38,093 nucleotides of DNA from a virus (IMGVR_UViG_3300049201_000004:1-38093), one strand, 5' to 3'. Counted from the stretch's first letter, positions 9,499 through 19,208 are shown. Notes: a model not told the origin generated them from the sequence alone. Program-made: numbers and translations.

Positions 9499-10620
9499 CT
9501 AGGATTGTGTGCGCTCTGTCTTGTCGTTCAGACCATGACGGAACACTTCGAGTTTTTGGTAGAAGTTGTTGTTTTGAAGGTAGAACACTTTGCTGGTGAC
9601 CATGTAGCGACCGCTCAGGCTGGTCACACCATCCACACCGGGGCGCGAGATCTGGCAGTTGATCACGTCCATCAACTCAGCGTTCACAACGGCAGGCGTA
9701 AGGATCTCCAGACCCGTGCTGAACAGGTTACCTAGACGTGCATTCTGGTAGGCTGCGCGCTCGTAGTTTTCGTTCACGTTGCCGACGTCAATCGGGGCGT
9801 GCGTCACACGATTGCGTCCCACCTTGGAGCGCACATCCTCGTTCATCATGAGTTTCGTGGTGTTCTTGTTGACCTTGGTGTCTTTGATGACACTGTCGTC
9901 GCGGAACACAGCTTGACTCACGTTGGTGTCCTTGTAGCCGCTGACGTTGTTGAGGAAGCCCGAACTATTGAGCAGGCGCCAATCAGCAGCCAACGACTGA
10001 CCTTGCTGTGGTGCATTGCTGAATACCTGCTTGGTCTTGAACTTCTCGAAGTCCGTAACGTTGACCAGTCGCATCACCTTGTCAGTGGAGATCGCCATCT
10101 GCATGCAGGAGCCCTGATCCAGATAGGAATGCTGTGCGATGTAGTCGCTGAAGACGGTGTACTTCCGGTTGTACGGGATCCACAGCTGCTGATCGTTGGT
10201 GTTCGGACCTTGGAACGTCAGGCCCGTCTCATTGCAGATGGTGCGCAGTGCTCCGCTGGCCGTGTCCTTGATGATGGCGACACGTGAACTGGTCCAGAAC
10301 AGAGGGACATCCAGATAACCGTGCAGTCGATAGGTCTGCACACCATCCATGGTCAGCTCTTTGTGACTGAACAGGCGCATGTTGAACACGAACTTCTTGT
10401 TCTCAACACCTAGTGTGATCTTGATCGTCGTAGCATCCACAAGGAAGTCGTTCTGGCTGAAGAACTTGGTGACGTCCTTGATCTGCAGCGTGACCATGGG
10501 CAAGTGAATCCGCACGCTCTCAACGATATGCATGAAGTCCAGCGTGTTCTGCTGGAGGTTCACTTCCTTACCGTTCACTTGCAGCTGAAACATCAGCCGG
10601 TCTTGAATTCCAATGGGCAT
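9499..10620 (-). CDS. Baseplate hub protein (gp27/gpD-like)
   Basis: 373 aa, immediately upstream of the spike; C-terminal LSGRYMVTSK motif typical of hub proteins. Confidence 0.7.
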   Translation of the reverse strand: MPIGIQDRLMFQLQVNGKEVNLQQNTLDFMHIVESVRIHLPMVTLQIKDVTKFFSQNDFLVDATTIKITLGVENKKFVFNMRLFSHKELTMDGVQTYRLHGYLDVPLFWTSSRVAIIKDTASGALRTICNETGLTFQGPNTNDQQLWIPYNRKYTVFSDYIAQHSYLDQGSCMQMAISTDKVMRLVNVTDFEKFKTKQVFSNAPQQGQSLAADWRLLNSSGFLNNVSGYKDTNVSQAVFRDDSVIKDTKVNKNTTKLMMNEDVRSKVGRNRVTHAPIDVGNVNENYERAAYQNARLGNLFSTGLEILTPAVVNAELMDVINCQISRPGVDGVTSLSGRYMVTSKVFYLQNNNFYQKLEVFRHGLNDKTERTQS

Positions 10621-10628
10621 ACGCGCCT

Positions 10629-10973
10629 CTAGATGGTGATAACGTTGCTGCCTTGTGGATCTTCCTGACTGGTGAGGAACAGGTTGATGTCAGACAGGGA
10701 CGGCAACTGCAGGACCCGACCCGGAGTGAACTCCGTAATAGGATTCAGCACGCCAGCATACTGACAGACGACCCACCAGTAGTTCTTGTCTGTGTACATG
10801 ATGTGAGCGATGCCAAAGGAATTGGCCCGATCGAAGATGGACACAGTGTAGGTCTGCGAAGGCGGAACGATGAAGCGCATGTTCAGATACTTGGCGCTCA
10901 GGTAGTTCAGCCGGTCGGGACTCGGTGCCGGACGCAGATAGGACGCCCGGTTCAGGTCGACAAAGGTACTCAT
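10629..10973 (-). CDS. LysM-like baseplate protein (gp53/gpX-like)
   Basis: IAHIMY...YWWVVCQYAGVLNP...PGRVLQLP motif; position before the hub gene. Confidence 0.8.
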   Translation of the reverse strand: MSTFVDLNRASYLRPAPSPDRLNYLSAKYLNMRFIVPPSQTYTVSIFDRANSFGIAHIMYTDKNYWWVVCQYAGVLNPITEFTPGRVLQLPSLSDINLFLTSQEDPQGSNVITI

Positions 10974-11908
10974 CAGAAGCCTCCTCGGGTTCCACGGTCA
11001 CCGCCACCCGCACCACCGGCTCCACCTGTCGGTCGGCCGTTCGTAGCACTCGGGAACATGGACTCGATATCGTTTTCAGTCGGTACGTAGTAGGTACGGA
11101 AAGCCACCACGACGGAGGCACGAACCGGATTGTTGTCCGGTCCAAGCACCACGTCGAAGGTAGGACTCACGTCGGTAACCACCACGCTCGGGAAGTACTG
11201 GAACTGTCCGATGTACAGACTGATGTTGTTGGTCACGCTGTTGACGATGGCACTGCTGATCGGCTGAGCCAGCTTGTCCGCAGCTTGCGACACCTGAGTG
11301 CCGAAGCCTTGACCGTTGATGCCGGTGCCACTCTTAAACAGACCACTGACGGCAGTGCCTAGATCGTTCAGGGCTTCACCACCGCTACTGATGATCTTGC
11401 GCACGGTGTCGGTTGACAAGGACTTCGTGGGGTCCAGATGTGGACCCGGAGCACGGAGTAGGCCGCCCGGCGAGTTTTCGCGCGGCATCATCAGACGCAT
11501 CAGGTCCTTGATTGGGGTCATCACGTCGTCCTTGCCGCTGTTCTCAGCTTGGAAGATGAACGTGAGACTGAAGTTGATGTACGAACCACCTTGCCACACT
11601 TGCACCGTCAGAGCCTGCGTCGTGAGACTGAGACCTGCGAGCTTGAGAGCGTTGGCGACTTGTCCGTCACCACCGATGCCTTGTGCGAACGGTGGCTCGT
11701 AGTTGGCGTTGACGTCGTTGCCCACTTGCTCGGGCAACCACGCTTCCACCAAGATATCTTGATCGTGACAGACGACGAAAGCCTTGTACGCAAGCTCTTT
11801 CATGGCCTGCGCATCACTGCCGATCATGCGACCGCGTTCCGCCAGTGCTCCGGCTCCGGTGCCTAGAGGCTGGTTGAATCGCTGTCCAATTGAACTGTAG
11901 TCAGGCAT
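10973..11908 (-). CDS. Tail tube initiator-like baseplate protein (311 aa)
   Basis: Position between the lysin and the LysM-like gene; LYIGQFQYFPSVVVTDVS...PVRASVVVAF resembles tube-fold initiators. Confidence 0.55.
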   Translation of the reverse strand: MPDYSSIGQRFNQPLGTGAGALAERGRMIGSDAQAMKELAYKAFVVCHDQDILVEAWLPEQVGNDVNANYEPPFAQGIGGDGQVANALKLAGLSLTTQALTVQVWQGGSYINFSLTFIFQAENSGKDDVMTPIKDLMRLMMPRENSPGGLLRAPGPHLDPTKSLSTDTVRKIISSGGEALNDLGTAVSGLFKSGTGINGQGFGTQVSQAADKLAQPISSAIVNSVTNNISLYIGQFQYFPSVVVTDVSPTFDVVLGPDNNPVRASVVVAFRTYYVPTENDIESMFPSATNGRPTGGAGGAGGGDRGTRGGF

Positions 11909-11916
11909 AGGATTCC

Positions 11917-12837
11917 TCAGGAAATTCTATAGAAGCGGCCGTCCCGACCCTTGATTGGGGTAGAGGCGGTATCGGTAGGATGAGACTGAGATCCACTGGC
12001 TCCACCATTGGGAGTAGCCTTCGAATCGTTCGCAGCCGTTGTTTGTGACTGAGTCTTCTCAGCCATCAAGCGTTTGTTCGTGATGTCAGCAGTCGGCAGC
12101 GCAACTGCCGGGCTGATCTGTGTTGCCACCGCCTTGTTCTGGTCGGGCAGCGAAGCGGATGCGCCGATTGCTGATCCAGCAGCAGAGGTCACCGGAGTGG
12201 CCGTTGCGTTAGGACTAACAGGAGGAGCTTGCAGGTTTGCGCCTGCTGTGACGTTGGTCTTACCCTCAGCTTCTAGTGCATAGCTGACGATCTTGCCTTC
12301 CATCTTGGCCAGAATCTGCGCCAGTGACAGAGGCTTCGCCCGGTTGCCACCCTCGTAGAACACGTTGGCGTTAGCCGCCGCAGCCTTGGGAAACAACTCA
12401 GCACCGATTGCCTTCGGGTCCTTCTGCAGAGCTTGCAAGAAGTTCGAAGCACCTGTCGGACCCAAGAAGTAACCCATATACGTTTCACCGTAGGAGGGCT
12501 TCCGTCCTAGCAAACGCGTGAGCGTCTTGCTGATGCTATTGATGTACAGACCAGCCACATGACTGGCCTTCACTGGATCGTTGCGATCCTCGCGCGTGTA
12601 CTTGAGCGAGGGATAGAGCTTCATCATGTAGTCCCAGGTCGAACCTGTGAACTGAAGCAGACCTTGAGCACTGGAAGTGCTGGCACTGGCGCTCGTGCGG
12701 AACGTCGACTCGGCACCTGCAAAGGCATACACCAGAGTGGAGTCCGCTCCAGCCTTTGCTGATCCTTCCTTGATGGCAGCACGCACACTGTCGCTGGCCT
12801 TGCCGGTGCGAATGGCAGTCAGCTGCTCCTTACCCAA
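11917..12837 (-). CDS. Virion-associated lytic transglycosylase (SLT); probably the C-terminal part of a frameshifted gene starting at 13256
   Basis: AES (catalytic Glu), AQGLLQF..STW and YMGYFLGPTGA motifs. The TTG start has no clear RBS and the frame is open well upstream. Confidence 0.8.
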   Translation of the reverse strand: MGKEQLTAIRTGKASDSVRAAIKEGSAKAGADSTLVYAFAGAESTFRTSASASTSSAQGLLQFTGSTWDYMMKLYPSLKYTREDRNDPVKASHVAGLYINSISKTLTRLLGRKPSYGETYMGYFLGPTGASNFLQALQKDPKAIGAELFPKAAAANANVFYEGGNRAKPLSLAQILAKMEGKIVSYALEAEGKTNVTAGANLQAPPVSPNATATPVTSAAGSAIGASASLPDQNKAVATQISPAVALPTADITNKRLMAEKTQSQTTAANDSKATPNGGASGSQSHPTDTASTPIKGRDGRFYRIS

Positions 12838-12875
12838 CAGAGGACTGGTCGTGATCTGACCAGTTGGCTGCGGAG

Positions 12876-13256
12876 CTACCTGAATGCTTTCCGCCGTTGC
12901 AACGGCTTCAGGTTCCGACTTTCCGGGTCTAATGGATTCTCCTCGTCGTTCATCATGCGACCAATCAAGAACAGCGTGACAGCCACTCCCAAGGTAGTGA
13001 CTAGCGCGCTGAGGATGTTGGCGTTGCTCTTTTCCTGTTCGTCCTTGCGCTCCTGCAGAGTGCGAGCTCGGTTCTTGCCAAACAGATGTCTGCGCAACCG
13101 ACTGCTCGCTGTGTTCTTCTCTACTAGACCCGAGGTCTCCAGTTCAGCCAGCAGAACAGCGTGAGCCATACTGTCCTGACTGACCATAGCTAGGATACGA
13201 TACGCCGTAGCGTTGCGCCGTGCTATAGGATCCAGCACTTCTTCCGTATCCGGCAT
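12876..13256 (-). CDS. Membrane-anchor protein; probable N-terminal part of the SLT gene
   Basis: Strong RBS (AAAGGAG) before ATG 13256; one hydrophobic helix ILSALVTTLGVAVTLFLIG; overlaps the open SLT frame (-1). Confidence 0.65.
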   Translation of the reverse strand: MPDTEEVLDPIARRNATAYRILAMVSQDSMAHAVLLAELETSGLVEKNTASSRLRRHLFGKNRARTLQERKDEQEKSNANILSALVTTLGVAVTLFLIGRMMNDEENPLDPESRNLKPLQRRKAFR

Positions 13257-13274
13257 ATCGACTCCTTTCTACTG

Positions 13275-15809
13275 TTAGACGACACCCAAGTTGAGGGCAA
13301 AGAAAGTTCCGTCCGAGCTATCGAACGTTGGGATCGAGGACACGCTCATGCTGTTCCCCGAAGTTCCGTTGTTGCCACCACCGCTTTGAGCAGTAGGTGT
13401 TTGAGCACCCGAGCTCGTCTTCGGAGCCTCGACATTGGCAGCACTGACACTCGGACTGCTCGGAGTAGAGTTCGCCACTTGCGTAGACGCTCCCTGATCC
13501 TTCGGTGCATCCGCCGAGTAGATGCCGCTCTTCGCAGCTGCTACGCTCACACCCTTCGGCTGAATGTGCCACGGTTCGTTCGAGATCGGACGTTCCATGC
13601 CGTACTTCTGCAGCAGACCGAGCTTGTCCAGTTCGTTGGCCGTGTTGCTCGGAATGTCGACTGCTAACCCATAGTTGTGCAGACTGGATCCTGGCTTGGC
13701 CGCCATTCCTGGCTTCATCGTCTTGTAGAGCTTCTCCTGATCGGCGATACTGCGGTAGCCCGAGTTGATGTTGATGGTCTTGCCAGTCTTCTCTTTGTAC
13801 TCCTGACCCATAGCCACGAGCTTCGATTGAAGCTGTGGATTCACACCATCCACGTTGACATTGGCGTTCTTCGTGAAGACGTTGCTGTCTTTGATCATGC
13901 CACCGCTTCCGACAGGAGAGTCGCCCGGAAGTTTACCTCCGCTACCGATGGGTGCTCCCATCGCACCAACTGCTTGCGCACCAGAAGATCCAGCGGCTGG
14001 AATGTTCACCTGACTACGGGACGCCATGCGTTGCGTGTCGCCATTGTCGTCGGCGGCCGCACTTGCTGCGCTTGCAGCCTTCTGTGCTCCAGTCTGAATC
14101 GTGACGAACTTCTCCATGCTTGCAGTGTCGGGCTTGCGACCTGCTGCCATGTCTTCCAGTTGCTGCTTGGAGTATCCGTCCAAGTAGCTGCCGTCGGCTT
14201 GAGGACCAGCGGCCAGATACTGCTTCGCAACTCCAGGCTGAAGCGTCTTCAGAGCCTTCTGCGCTTGCATGGCCGCGCCTTGACCAACTGAGTCAGCCTT
14301 GCCACGGAGGTTGCGCGCATACGCGTTGTCGTCGAACTCAGGACTGTTCGGGTTCTCTTCGATCTTGCGCTTCTGGTCCACACCAAGCTTGAGTAGCAGA
14401 GCAGGAGTCAGCAGTGCGAGCAACGGAGGAAGGACCGATGTGACCATGGCTGGGAGCAAGGCTGCAAGACGAGCCAACGCACCTCCAGCAGCACCACCTG
14501 CGGCTCCTTGTGTGAATGACGACGAGTTAGCTGCACCGCCAGCACCTTCAGAAGATGCGCGAGCAACCTTCTTCACGGCGTCCAGCATGCGTGCATTAAA
14601 GCGAGCGTTTTCGGCGGTGTGGTCCTTGAGGGTCTGCGCGATACCCTCTTCCACCTCTAGTTGATCTTCGGTCGAGCGATTGCCCTTCGGCATATCCGGT
14701 ACTGGCAGAGCTTGCGCCACTCCAGCACCTGGACCTCCCCACCGAGCCGTCATGCGCTCGCGATAACGCTGTTCTTCGTTGTCCTCCCGCTCCACGTTAC
14801 CCAGACCGAATCGCAGCGTGGATGGATCACGTCCAGACGCCAGAGCCCGGTTCTGCATGTACTGTTGAAAGCCGGTTCCACCATCGCGCCAGCTCTTGCG
14901 CAGGTTGTTCGCACCGATGGCGCCACGTGCGACAGTACCCAACGACAACTTGCCGACACCCAGACGATCCAGAACACTCAGGCTCTTGTTGCGGATCATC
15001 TCGTTGCGGCGTTTCTTGTTGGCCTGCAATTCCTTGTAAGCGCCGAAGCCTTTGCTCAAGCGCTTCTCGAAAGTGGCAGCGGCCTCTTCGATTTCCTTCT
15101 CGGCACGTCGACGGTCGTCTTCCTTGCGCTTGTCTTCGTCCTTCTTCTGCTTGTCGATCTGCTTCTGACGTTCCTTTTGCTGGTCGTCGAAGATGCGACG
15201 CTGCAAAGCGATGGCTTCTTCGGTGAACTGCTCCTGTGCCGAGAACATCTTCTGCAGGTCTACCGGCAGATCGGTAACCATTCGATCCAGACGACTGAGG
15301 GCCTTGAACGTACCCATACGACCCGTCGTCGTGGCGACATCCTTGCCCGTGAGCTCTTGCAGTTGCTTCTCCACCATCTGAAGCAGCTTCTGTTGCTTTT
15401 CCATCGCCTCCTTTTGCTTCAGAGACATCGGACCATTGGTCTTCTGGTTGGCATTGAACTCACGCAGCTTGGTGAGCTTGCGCAACGCCTCCTGTTGGTA
15501 GCGTTGCGTACTCTTCATAAACTCCAGCTCTTTCTCCGCAGCCTCGGCCACGGTCTTCATGCTGGCGTTACTCTCTTCCAGAGACTTCTTGAGGGCATAG
15601 CGTTCGGCTGTGCCCAGTTGTTTCTCGGACAACATCTTGGTCAGCTTCTCGATCTTCTTCTTGAGAACGCGCTGCTCTTGGTAGAGCGCTCTCTTGAACT
15701 GCTCACTATTGGCAGTGGTCTTGCCAATCAGCGGATCAGCCTCTCCACCATCCCACTTGTTCTTCGGGTCACGGTCGAAGATAGCGGCTTGTGGATTCTT
15801 GGTAGCCAT
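13275..15809 (-). CDS. Tape measure-like protein with C-terminal M15 (VanY-like) peptidase domain
   Basis: Long coiled-coil N-terminal half, a hydrophobic segment, then INSGYRS..Q..LY, AKPGSSLHNYGLAVD and EPWH (M15 Zn-peptidase motifs); follows the tail chaperone. Confidence 0.8.
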   Translation of the reverse strand: MATKNPQAAIFDRDPKNKWDGGEADPLIGKTTANSEQFKRALYQEQRVLKKKIEKLTKMLSEKQLGTAERYALKKSLEESNASMKTVAEAAEKELEFMKSTQRYQQEALRKLTKLREFNANQKTNGPMSLKQKEAMEKQQKLLQMVEKQLQELTGKDVATTTGRMGTFKALSRLDRMVTDLPVDLQKMFSAQEQFTEEAIALQRRIFDDQQKERQKQIDKQKKDEDKRKEDDRRRAEKEIEEAAATFEKRLSKGFGAYKELQANKKRRNEMIRNKSLSVLDRLGVGKLSLGTVARGAIGANNLRKSWRDGGTGFQQYMQNRALASGRDPSTLRFGLGNVEREDNEEQRYRERMTARWGGPGAGVAQALPVPDMPKGNRSTEDQLEVEEGIAQTLKDHTAENARFNARMLDAVKKVARASSEGAGGAANSSSFTQGAAGGAAGGALARLAALLPAMVTSVLPPLLALLTPALLLKLGVDQKRKIEENPNSPEFDDNAYARNLRGKADSVGQGAAMQAQKALKTLQPGVAKQYLAAGPQADGSYLDGYSKQQLEDMAAGRKPDTASMEKFVTIQTGAQKAASAASAAADDNGDTQRMASRSQVNIPAAGSSGAQAVGAMGAPIGSGGKLPGDSPVGSGGMIKDSNVFTKNANVNVDGVNPQLQSKLVAMGQEYKEKTGKTININSGYRSIADQEKLYKTMKPGMAAKPGSSLHNYGLAVDIPSNTANELDKLGLLQKYGMERPISNEPWHIQPKGVSVAAAKSGIYSADAPKDQGASTQVANSTPSSPSVSAANVEAPKTSSGAQTPTAQSGGGNNGTSGNSMSVSSIPTFDSSDGTFFALNLGVV

Positions 15810-15830
15810 GATGTGTCCTTGGTCTAAGTG

Positions 15831-15968
15831 TTATCGGTACGAGCTGAGCTCTTGACGTTTCTTGACTCGTTGATCCACCGCGTTTGAGATGTACATGATG
15901 AACTTGAAGTCCATGCTCATGCTGAGCAGCTGACCGGTCTCTTTCAAGACCAAGTCGACTCGGTTCAT
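15831..15968 (-). CDS. Small tail-assembly chaperone partner; may be expressed as a +1 extension of the upstream gene
   Basis: Fills the gap between chaperone and tape measure; frame open across the upstream stop; only a weak RBS before ATG 15968. Confidence 0.55.
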   Translation of the reverse strand: MNRVDLVLKETGQLLSMSMDFKFIMYISNAVDQRVKKRQELSSYR

Positions 15969-15978
15969 CAGGTTGTCT

Positions 15979-17160
15979 TCATCGATTCTTGGGAAGAAAG
16001 TTGAGCGCATCGATCGAGACAAGAGCTCGATGATGCGCACCACATTCTTTGCAAGTAAGGTTAGCGTATTCCTTCACACCGAAGTTCGTGGCAGCAGCCA
16101 TGTACTCTTCCAGTGATTGGATCTCGTCAGCGTCCATCATCTTGATGGTCTCGATGCGTTCCCGCAGCGTGGATCGTCCTTCGATTCGGGCCAGGAACGA
16201 AGCACGGGCCGTCATCCACATGAACTCGTCTTCCGAGATCAGTTGTTCAGCCAGTTGGTCTTCGCTCATCTTGCCCTGTTGCAGCATCAGCTCGTCACGT
16301 TCTTCGCCGAATTCCACGAGGTCGCGCATGGTCTCGACTCCCAGCGTGTACTTCTCGTGCAGTTCCGCCCACGGACTCGGGTCCCACTGTTCTAGATACT
16401 CGGTGTCCAGTGATGTCTTGTCCAGGAACGCTTCGATCTTCAGCGTATCCGGCGGCAGATAGTCCGGGTCGTCCTCAGGAAGGAGTGTCTTCTGGAGGTG
16501 ATCACGATCCGTGCATTCGAGCTTCAGAATCTGCGGGTTCTTCGTGAAGCTGGACACGCGGTGCCAGTACATCAAGAAGTAGAAGTCCGCAGGCACGAGA
16601 TCGAACGCAGAAACGCCGTCCCCGATAGTGCTGGACATCGCCTCCACCAAGTAGCGCAGATTGTCCTCACGGGTACTGCGAAAGAACTTGGCTTGGTGAT
16701 AGCCCTTCATCGTACAGACACTGAGGTCACGATACGGGTAGAAGTGCTTGAGACTCGGAAGCCCCACCGACATGTACGTCGGGTCGGTTTCCGATTGAGG
16801 ACGGAAGTCGGGGTCACTCGGCGTTTGCACCGGAGCCACCGCCACAGCCGGAACGGGTCGCGGTTCTTGGGGTTGTTGCTGCGCCAGCTTGGCAGCCAGT
16901 GGATGTCCTGGAGGTAGTGACACAGGAGTCTTCCCCTTCGCCAAAGCGGTGGGCTTCGGAGTAGGAGTGGGCTTCAGCGTCTGCATCTGTTTGACTGGAG
17001 CTGGCTGTGGTTGCGGCTGCGTGAGTCGCTTGGGAGTCGCGGACTGTGGAGGTGGTGAGTTCGGCGCTGCCGCTCGGGCAGGGAACTCGTGCTGCTCGGT
17101 ACGGACTTCAGAGATTTTGAAGCCAGCACGAGCTAGGTGAGCGTGCGGATTTTCTGGCAT
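15979..17160 (-). CDS. Baseplate hub / tail assembly chaperone (T4 gp26-like) with Pro/Gln-rich N-terminal extension
   Basis: VGLPS...Y, DLVPADFYFLMYWHRVSS and C-terminal CKECG motif; lies between the tube genes and the tape measure. Confidence 0.7.
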   Translation of the reverse strand: MPENPHAHLARAGFKISEVRTEQHEFPARAAAPNSPPPQSATPKRLTQPQPQPAPVKQMQTLKPTPTPKPTALAKGKTPVSLPPGHPLAAKLAQQQPQEPRPVPAVAVAPVQTPSDPDFRPQSETDPTYMSVGLPSLKHFYPYRDLSVCTMKGYHQAKFFRSTREDNLRYLVEAMSSTIGDGVSAFDLVPADFYFLMYWHRVSSFTKNPQILKLECTDRDHLQKTLLPEDDPDYLPPDTLKIEAFLDKTSLDTEYLEQWDPSPWAELHEKYTLGVETMRDLVEFGEERDELMLQQGKMSEDQLAEQLISEDEFMWMTARASFLARIEGRSTLRERIETIKMMDADEIQSLEEYMAAATNFGVKEYANLTCKECGAHHRALVSIDALNFLPKNR

Positions 17161-17222
17161 GGATGGACCTCATTGGGTGATTGACAGGAACTCTGGAGAC
17201 ACACGCGTCCGTTCCCTGGACG

Positions 17223-18044
17223 CTAGAAACTGTAGCTGACGAAGTTCGATGGGAATTGCTCTGGAAGTGCCATTGGCAAGTCCGGATAAAGTGCACCGAC
17301 TGCACTCATGAGTGAAGGCATCTCAGATTCTGCGAACTTGCCGATCTTGATGTTAGTCCGATCGACACTGAACTCAACGCCCATGAGGACGCGTTCACTA
17401 CTTCCGCTACTGAGGTTAACCTGATCAAACCGCATCGGCCAGCAATCCATATAGTCGATGACCATTACTGAGTTCATCGCTACGTCTAGGACTGTGATCT
17501 GGATCGTCTTCTTGAAATCCCTTGGGTAAGAGTAGAGACCGGTATCGGGGTTGTACATCGTCGCTTGCCATGCATTCAGGTAAGCGGTTGCAGTTCCCTC
17601 GCTGTCTTCGTAGAGCTTGAGACCCAAGGTCCCAACGCTACTGTGTTGCGGGAAGTGGACGTTCTTACCTGCGCGGTAGTTCGACACTTGATCGAACTCC
17701 ACAAAGGGCAGAGTAGCCTCTTCCACGTATTCCCAGCCCAGATCATAGGACTGGCCGTTCTTCGGCGAGACAAGCGGCATGATTGCGAACCAGTTGAAGT
17801 TCATCAACGGGTCCGGCCGTGCCTGCATTGCGGATAGGACATCACGTCGGCCGGTACGACCGCTGGCACTACCTCCACTAGCCAATCTGCTTGCGGTGTT
17901 TGCCGCATTGGTCAGGAAGTCACCGGTTCTGCCACCCAAATTGCTGACACTATTGATGAGGCTGGAAAGACCAGCGGAGCCGCCAGTCAATCCAGTTCCT
18001 ATCCGATTCGTCAAGGCCGAGAGTACTTGACTAGGGATCGACAT
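17223..18044 (-). CDS. Tail tube paralogue (tube-baseplate junction, gp48/gp54-like)
   Basis: DPLMNFNW...LP...LYED...WP...VEFSVD pattern parallels the adjacent tube protein (DPLQQYNW...IP...LIET...WP...VTFSYD). Confidence 0.7.
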   Translation of the reverse strand: MSIPSQVLSALTNRIGTGLTGGSAGLSSLINSVSNLGGRTGDFLTNAANTASRLASGGSASGRTGRRDVLSAMQARPDPLMNFNWFAIMPLVSPKNGQSYDLGWEYVEEATLPFVEFDQVSNYRAGKNVHFPQHSSVGTLGLKLYEDSEGTATAYLNAWQATMYNPDTGLYSYPRDFKKTIQITVLDVAMNSVMVIDYMDCWPMRFDQVNLSSGSSERVLMGVEFSVDRTNIKIGKFAESEMPSLMSAVGALYPDLPMALPEQFPSNFVSYSF

Positions 18045-18048
18045 GAGA

Positions 18049-18555
18049 TCAGACGTCGATGCAGTAGTCGTAGCTGAACGTCACGCTGGTCGTCACAACG
18101 CCCGACTGGCTGTTGTCCATGCTCGTGTCGTCCACGGTTTCCGGCCACGCGCCGATCAGCTGGATCGTGCGGATTTCCTGCGGGATGTCGTCGTACAGAA
18201 CCATCTCGATGGTCGTGCCGTAGACAGTCTTGTAGTTGCCGGTGTTGTCGATCCAGTTACGGGCCATGTCGTGCCACGTCATCAACTGCGAGCGGGTGCC
18301 GACATCGCGCGTTTCGATCAGCGTGACGGCCAACGAGTGGCTGTAGTTGCGACGACCAGCGAAGCGCAGTTCCACACCGTGGAGGTTGACGGGAACGCTT
18401 TCGAGCATGGAGCCCGGAATCGAAGTCGTCTGTGCCTTGTAGGTGAAGGAACGGCTGTCGGCCGTGCCGGGCATGTTCGGGATGAAGATGTCCCAGTTGT
18501 ATTGCTGCAAGGGGTCGACGAGCGACTGAACTTGCTGGAGGGAGGTGCGAGCCAT
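18049..18555 (-). CDS. Tail tube protein (T4 gp19-like, 168 aa)
   Basis: LRFAGRR, GAWP and VTFSYDY motifs; size and position downstream of the sheath. Confidence 0.9.
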   Translation of the reverse strand: MARTSLQQVQSLVDPLQQYNWDIFIPNMPGTADSRSFTYKAQTTSIPGSMLESVPVNLHGVELRFAGRRNYSHSLAVTLIETRDVGTRSQLMTWHDMARNWIDNTGNYKTVYGTTIEMVLYDDIPQEIRTIQLIGAWPETVDDTSMDNSQSGVVTTSVTFSYDYCIDV

Positions 18556-18583
18556 GGTGTATGGTTCCTTTGAGTAATTGGGT

Positions 18584-19184
18584 TCAGCGTTCGCCAGCGA
18601 TCAGCCGCTCGTGGGCTTTCTTGGCGTCTTCAGCAGCTGCGGCAGTGAGTTCAACTCGCTTCTCGGCATAGCCGAAGTACTCGAGTTCCAGCTCCAACGT
18701 AGACGCCGACTGCGGACCAACAGAGTTGGGAGCCGCCGGATGGTCAAGCATGCTGGGAGGCTGCGGCTTCGTGCTGACAGAGGTAGGGCCGGTAGGTTTC
18801 GTCAAGCCTGCAGGACCAGCTGGAGCAGGAGTCTGGTTGGGACCAGCATCTGCCTTCTCCTTCTTGATCTTCCAGTTGATGACTTGCACACCGTCGGCCT
18901 TGAGAGGACGCAACGTGAACGCCGGTCCAAACATCTTGGTGTCGACGATCTTCATCAGAGCGTCGCCCGCTTCTGCTTGGCACTTCAGGCTCTTGAACAC
19001 TGAGGGTCAGGACGCCGTCGCCTTCGACACGAACCGGAGCACCAGTGTTGGCGTTCTTGGCAGTGAACAGCGCGAAGATGTTCTTGACATCGTCACCCTG
19101 AGCTCCCGTGAACTGCACCGGCCAGTTCTGGCGCATAAGGTCAGTGCCCCAGTCCTGTGGGGCCGCTACTTCGTAGATAGGCAT
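18584..19184 (-). CDS. Hypothetical protein split by a +1 frame switch near 19000 (~199 aa if joined)
   Basis: ATG 19184 with AGGA RBS (MPIYEVAAPQDW...GVLTL). Phage-typical codon usage moves to the +1 frame (VFKSLKC...GER*) at ~19000. Span is 601 nt = 3n+1. Confidence 0.6.
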
Positions 19185-19208
19185 GATGTATGTGTTCCTG
19201 TGGAAATG

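Noticed and set aside
12876-12878. TAG read-through or alternative genetic code
   Set aside because: The downstream SLT ORF is in a different frame, and TAG, TGA and TAA all end genes normally elsewhere.
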